DNA of 26,246 bases from Octopus sinensis (taxonomy: Eukaryota): assembly GCF_006345805.1 (NCBI RefSeq), contig NW_021836024.1:1-26246 (forward strand), in the 5' to 3' direction. The notes below the pieces were generated by a model. The model was not told where the DNA came from. It did not search any database and worked only from the letters and a program-made list of their open reading frames with translations. A program made the translations under genes and the position numbers. Position 1 is the stretch's first letter. Every line of letters starts with the position of its first letter. Positions 21,667 to 26,246 of the stretch are shown here, piece by piece.

Positions 21667-21880
21667 AAGGCGGTGAGCTAGCAGAATCGTTAGCGTTCTG
21701 GACGAAATGTTTAGCAATATTTCTCCTGTTGCTACGTTCTGAGTTCAAGTTCCGCCAAGGTCAATTTTGCCTTTCATTCTTTCGGGGTCGATAAAATAAG
21801 TACCAGTTACGCACTAGGGTCGATGTATTCGACTCATCCCCTCCTCCGAAATTCCTGGCCTTGTACCAAAATTAGAAACC
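21667..21880 (+). mobile_element. SINE family B
   Basis: AGGCGGTGAGCTAGCAGAATCGTTAGCG...GAGTTCAAGTTCC...GGGGTCGATAAAATAAGTACCAG. Confidence 0.87.
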
Positions 21881-21959
21881 AATAAACTATACTAGAATAT
21901 ACACAAACGTAACATAATAAAGCCACTCCCTACTGCCTCCATCACCTGTGCTTTAGTCT

Positions 21960-22166
21960 TGGCTACCACCACAACCATGGCCACCACCAACAACAGCATT
22001 ACCTTCAACTACCACTACTGCTGCCACCGCCACTCCTAGTCGTCACCAACACGTCATACCACTACCAGCGCTACCACCACCACCACTACAACTATCAGAC
22101 CCATTACTACGGCCACCAGAACCATTACCATCACTAGCAAAATTGCGGCTGCTGCTACTGCTACTA

Positions 22167-22212
<46 letters not shown>

Positions 22213-22410
22213 GCTACTACTACTACTACTGTCTCCACGCCTCCATCACCGCTTCAACTACCACTGCAATCACCATTACTACAATCCGTACTACAGTTAC
22301 TCGCCCCCCGCCAGCACCACCGCAACCTCCACCATCGCCACCCTGAACACCAGCAGCAGCAGCAGCACCGCCGTCACCACAACCGCCGCCACCATTACCG
22401 CAACACCAAC
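21960..22410. repeat. Trinucleotide repeat block (ACC, ACT, GCA)
   Basis: Directly visible. Confidence 0.9.
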
Positions 22411-22529
22411 ATATAAAATCCTCCTTTGAACCATAATTACAACTGGTGAACTAATCATTGTAATTCACCCAAATAATTAGTGTCAGTAAAAGGTGGGGCG
22501 GGGTGGGGTGACGATTGTGTTTTTGTGGT

Positions 22530-23432
22530 CGCGTGTGATGATGAGGTGTGTGTGTGTGTGTGTGTGTGTTGTGTTGTGGCTGCCTTTGAGTATGTGTGCG
22601 TGTGTGACTGTGCCTGTGTGTGCACATGGATGCGTGTGTTTATGTGGTCTTGTATGTGGTCGTGTATGTGGAAATGAGGTGTGTGCATGTGTGTCTTGTA
22701 TGAGTGTGTATTTGTGAATGTGTGTGTTTGTGAATGTGTGTGATGTTTATGATTGTCTACGTTTAATGTGTGTGTTTATGTGGTCGCATGTGTAAGCGAT
22801 AAAGTGTGTGTGTGTGTGAGTGTGCGTGGGTGTGTGTCTGTGTGTGTGACGGTAGATGTTTCATCGTCTGCGTTTCTGTGTGTGTGTGTGTGTTTATGCG
22901 TCTGTGTATCTATGCGGTCGCCTGTAAGTGGGACGATGTTTATGTTTGTATGTGTGTGTGTGTGTGTGTTGTGTGTGTGTATGATGGCCAGAGTGTATGT
23001 ATTTCTGACGTGTAAGGGCGGTGATGGAGTGTGTTATGTATTAGTCTGTATGTTTGTGTATGTGATATAAGTTGTATGTTGTTGTACATACATATATACA
23101 CACACATACATACACACACATACATATATACATACATACATACATACATACATACATACATACATCATACATATACACACACACATATACATGCATGCTT
23201 GCGTGCATATATCTGTGTGTGCGTGTGTGTTTTGTCTATGTGTATGTGTGTGTAGCCACCGCTGTTTTCCTCTGTCCTACACTCTTTCTCTCTTTTTCTT
23301 TCTCCCTCTCTCCGTCTCTGTCTCTCCCTCACTCTATATGTACATATATATATATATATATGTATGTATGCATACATATATATATACTTACGTACATGTG
23401 TACATATATATACATATATATATATATATGTG

Positions 23433-23463
<31 letters not shown>

Positions 23464-23795
23464 ACACATATATATATATAAGTATGACACACAAGCACAC
23501 ATATATATGTATGAAATATATGTATGTATATACATATGTATGTGTATATATATATACACACACATACAAAAACACTCACACACACACATGTATGTGTGTG
23601 AGGAAGAGCGAGGCCTTATATGTATATAGTAAAGATATGTCAACTAAATATATATACATACATGTATTTACGCATATATAAGTATGTGTCTATACACACA
23701 CATATTTATATAATACATGTATGTGTATGAACGTGTGCACGTGTGTGTTTGTGTGCGCACGCGTATATGTGTTTGTGCTTGCGTGTGTGTGTGTG
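22530..23795. repeat. (TG)n/(TA)n/(TACA)n low-complexity block
   Basis: Directly visible. Confidence 0.92.
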
Positions 23796-24022
23796 TAAAG
23801 GTGGTGTTTATGATCTCCAATGAATGTCGGCAATAGATGAAAGGGTAGGAAGGTCGGGTCAGTTACGTTGCCTAATGAGCTGGCTTGCTACTTGAACCAT
23901 ATTCCGGCAGAACGGAACCTCCTGCTGGTCAGTGTTGACGGGGAGAGGGTGCTGGGCACTGAGACAACACGCGTTTCGCCGTTCCAACCTATACGTAAAA
24001 TTACCTGCACGCACACACACAC

Positions 24023-24068
<46 letters not shown>

Positions 24069-24129
24069 ACAGACACACACACACACACCCTCACACATAC
24101 ACACATACACACACACAAATGCATACCTA

Positions 24130-24310
24130 AAACTAGTACTCCGTCGATTGCGATGAGGAGCATTCCAGTTGATCCGATCAACGGAACGGCTTGCTCGTGG
24201 AATTAACGTGCAAATGGCCGAGCATTCCACAGATACGTGTGTCCTAAACATAGTTCTCAGGGAGAATCAGCGTGACACAGAGTGTGACAAGGCTGGCCTT
24301 TTCAATTACA
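24130..24310 (-). mobile_element. SINE family C 3' part
   Basis: CCAGTTGATCCGATCAACGGAAC...GTGACACAGAGTGTGACAAGG, the inverted homologue of ~4190-4350. Confidence 0.8.
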
Positions 24311-24356
24311 CTATGTGTGTGTGTGTATATATATATATATATAATATGTATATATA

Positions 24357-24434
<78 letters not shown>

Positions 24435-24443
24435 ATATATATT

Positions 24444-25255
24444 ATGCATATGTTTTATTTATTAATATATTATATGGCGGAACGCACGCATCCCTTTCTA
24501 AGTAAGATTGTTCTTGATATTAATTTTGATGCGCACTCTTACCTTTCTGTCCCATCCCTTTCTCAGCCCTCATTCTTTGATTTCCTTTTCTTCTACTTAA
24601 ATGTCTCTCCCTCTCTCTCATTCTTCATGGTTTCCTCACAGCCATTCCCCTTTCTTCTCTCCCTTTCTCTTGCTCCTCCTCCTCCCTCCCGTCGTTGACT
24701 CGCGACAAGAGCTCCGCTACTGTCTTTCTATAGCCTGTACCTTCTTGAGATGTGGACGGCAATTCTCTTTGCTGCTCCGTCGCCGTTCACAGAATTTAGC
24801 GTTCGTAATACTTTTTTTCGTTCGGCGTTAACGCCCTTCTTGTCTTGTTATTTTCCTTGTCCTGTCTTTTACTGCTTATATTTTGTACTGTCGTTACTGT
24901 CCTGGTTTTGTTACCATTTTACCCCTCTGCAAAAAGATCTCAAATTTTATTTGATTTGCTTTTCGCAGGAAGGAAAGTTTCTTATCGAAGATACGTCTCG
25001 CCTTCACCTTCGAAACGTAGAGTAGATGAAACCATGGCGACTGAAGAAGGGTTTTTTTTCCTTGTGTTATTTGTCCTGTACTCTTTTTTCGTTGTTTAAA
25101 AAAATGTTCAGTTCCTTGTGTTTGTGTCTATGTTTTCGTTTCTCATTGTGTTCGACGTTTTTTTGGTGTCCTGTACTCATATATGCGTGTATATATACAT
25201 GTAGAGGTTGGTACGTACATATATGTACATATATATGCATATGTTTTATTTATTA

Positions 25256-25266
<11 letters not shown>
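24444..25266 (+). mobile_element. Non-coding element with exact 32-bp terminal direct repeats in (TA)n
   Basis: ATGCATATGTTTTATTTATTAATATATTATAT at 24444-24475 and 25235-25266 (period 791). Pyrimidine-rich interior with local similarity to the 9588-10413 element. Confidence 0.65.
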
Positions 25267-25293
<27 letters not shown>

Positions 25294-25299
25294 AATATA

Positions 25300-25450
25300 T
25301 ATACACGACCAGCTTCTTCCCGCCTGCCAAATCCACTCCCAAGGTTTTGGTCGGCCTGAGGCTAGAGTAGAAGACACTTGCCCAAGGTGCCACGCAGTGG
25401 GTCTGAGCCCGGAAACCATGTGGTTGGGAAGCAGATCCTTAAGACATGTG
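25300..25450 (-). mobile_element. SINE family D 5' part
   Basis: Reverse complement contains CCAACCACATGGTTTCCGGGCTCAGACCCACTGCGTGGCACCTTGGGCAAGTGTCTTCTAC. Confidence 0.85.
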
Positions 25451-25797
25451 CGGCTCAGCGGAAGTTGTGCTTCCATTGTTTCCGATTACATCTTTTACTC
25501 CCCTCCATTCTCGCATTTCCCACCTCGTTTCCGATATGATTCCACAATGATATTCCAAGCATGGATATTTCCGTAAACCTTTGTGACGGAGAAGGATCGA
25601 AGGTCAATGATGATTAGAGTAGTCAACGCTAATCGAGAAGATATATGTCAAAGGTATTCGACCCATGCCCATCCTTTTTTTTTTCCTATGAGGATGGAAC
25701 TAAGTTCACATTAAAGACGATTTAGTGTGAGTTGTGAGTTTTGGGGGAATTTGACTGCTATTTCTAGCAGGTCGGGTGACCAGGTTATAGTTTAAAG

Positions 25798-25900
25798 CAG
25801 TGGTTCTCAACCAGGGTCCATATAAGATTTTTGGGGTTCCACACAAGAAAGTAGTGAACTGGGGATCCACGACAGAATTTTAAAGGCCCTTGAAAAAATT
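25798..25900 (+). mobile_element. hAT (Charlie-like) left-end fragment
   Basis: CAGTGGTTCTCAACC terminus. No right end seen. Confidence 0.5.
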
Positions 25901-26004
25901 TCTTTTGAGTGTATGTATTGGTATGTATCGCAAGAAACAGGTTTTTTTCTCAACCATCTTACATAGATCAACCTATAAATTAATGTGTGAAAGCATTAAT
26001 AAAT

Positions 26005-26246
26005 CGTAGCACTCCGTCGGTTAATGCGACGAGGGTTCCAGTTGATCCGATCAACGGAACAGCCTGCTCGTGAAATTAACGTGCAAGTGGATGAGCACTC
26101 CACAGACACATGTACCCATAACGTAGTTCTCGGGGAGATCCACAGAGCGTGTGACAAGGCTGACCCCTTTGAAATACTGATACAATAGAAACAAGAAGAA
26201 AGAGTGAGAGAAAGTTGTGGTGAAAGAGTACAGCAGGGTTCGCCAC
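26005..26246 (-). mobile_element. SINE family C (continues past the window end)
   Basis: Inverted homologue of ~4115-4355. Confidence 0.85.

Noticed and set aside
22491-22510. G-rich GGTGGGGCGGGTGGGG (also ~7459-7478), potential G-quadruplex
   Set aside because: Only three runs of three or more G; at best a weak two-tier structure, common by chance.
23964-23995. ACGCGTTTCG, resembling the reverse complement of a PLE hammerhead 3' half
   Set aside because: The cleavage triplet would be GUG and there is no CUGANGA-like core at the right distance.
24985-25060. Possible hammerhead (TCGAAG...CTTCGAAACGTA...CTGAAGAAGGG)
   Set aside because: Neither a type I nor a type II arrangement gives an intact core with a paired stem I. 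At most a decayed relic.

Overview
This is repeat-saturated, AT-rich eukaryotic DNA, mostly intronic or intergenic. The SINE families and very high microsatellite density look like an octopod cephalopod genome (inferred from recalled repeat families, not a database search). Nearly all ORFs in the supplied track are translations of microsatellites or SINEs. Real content: (i) about 17 copies or fragments of four SINE families, several nested; (ii) a decayed mariner transposase with an inverted partial copy, a complete Tigger-like MITE, a 39-bp-TIR MITE (duplicated) and two hAT-like ends; (iii) two well-formed plus-strand exon candidates (13064-13144, 15663-15778) that splice in frame, plus weaker ones, suggesting an unidentified multi-exon host gene; (iv) most interesting, several short non-coding elements embedded in (TA)n tracts that carry hammerhead-ribozyme folds or terminal direct repeats. 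These include a 1.6-kb tandem-plus-inverted array of a ~550-bp unit with one hammerhead per full unit, and a minimal hammerhead with a compensatory A3-U8 core pair. They resemble Penelope-like (PLE) pseudo-LTRs or non-autonomous retrozymes. Some near-identical duplications differ mainly by single-base indels and may be long-read assembly artefacts.
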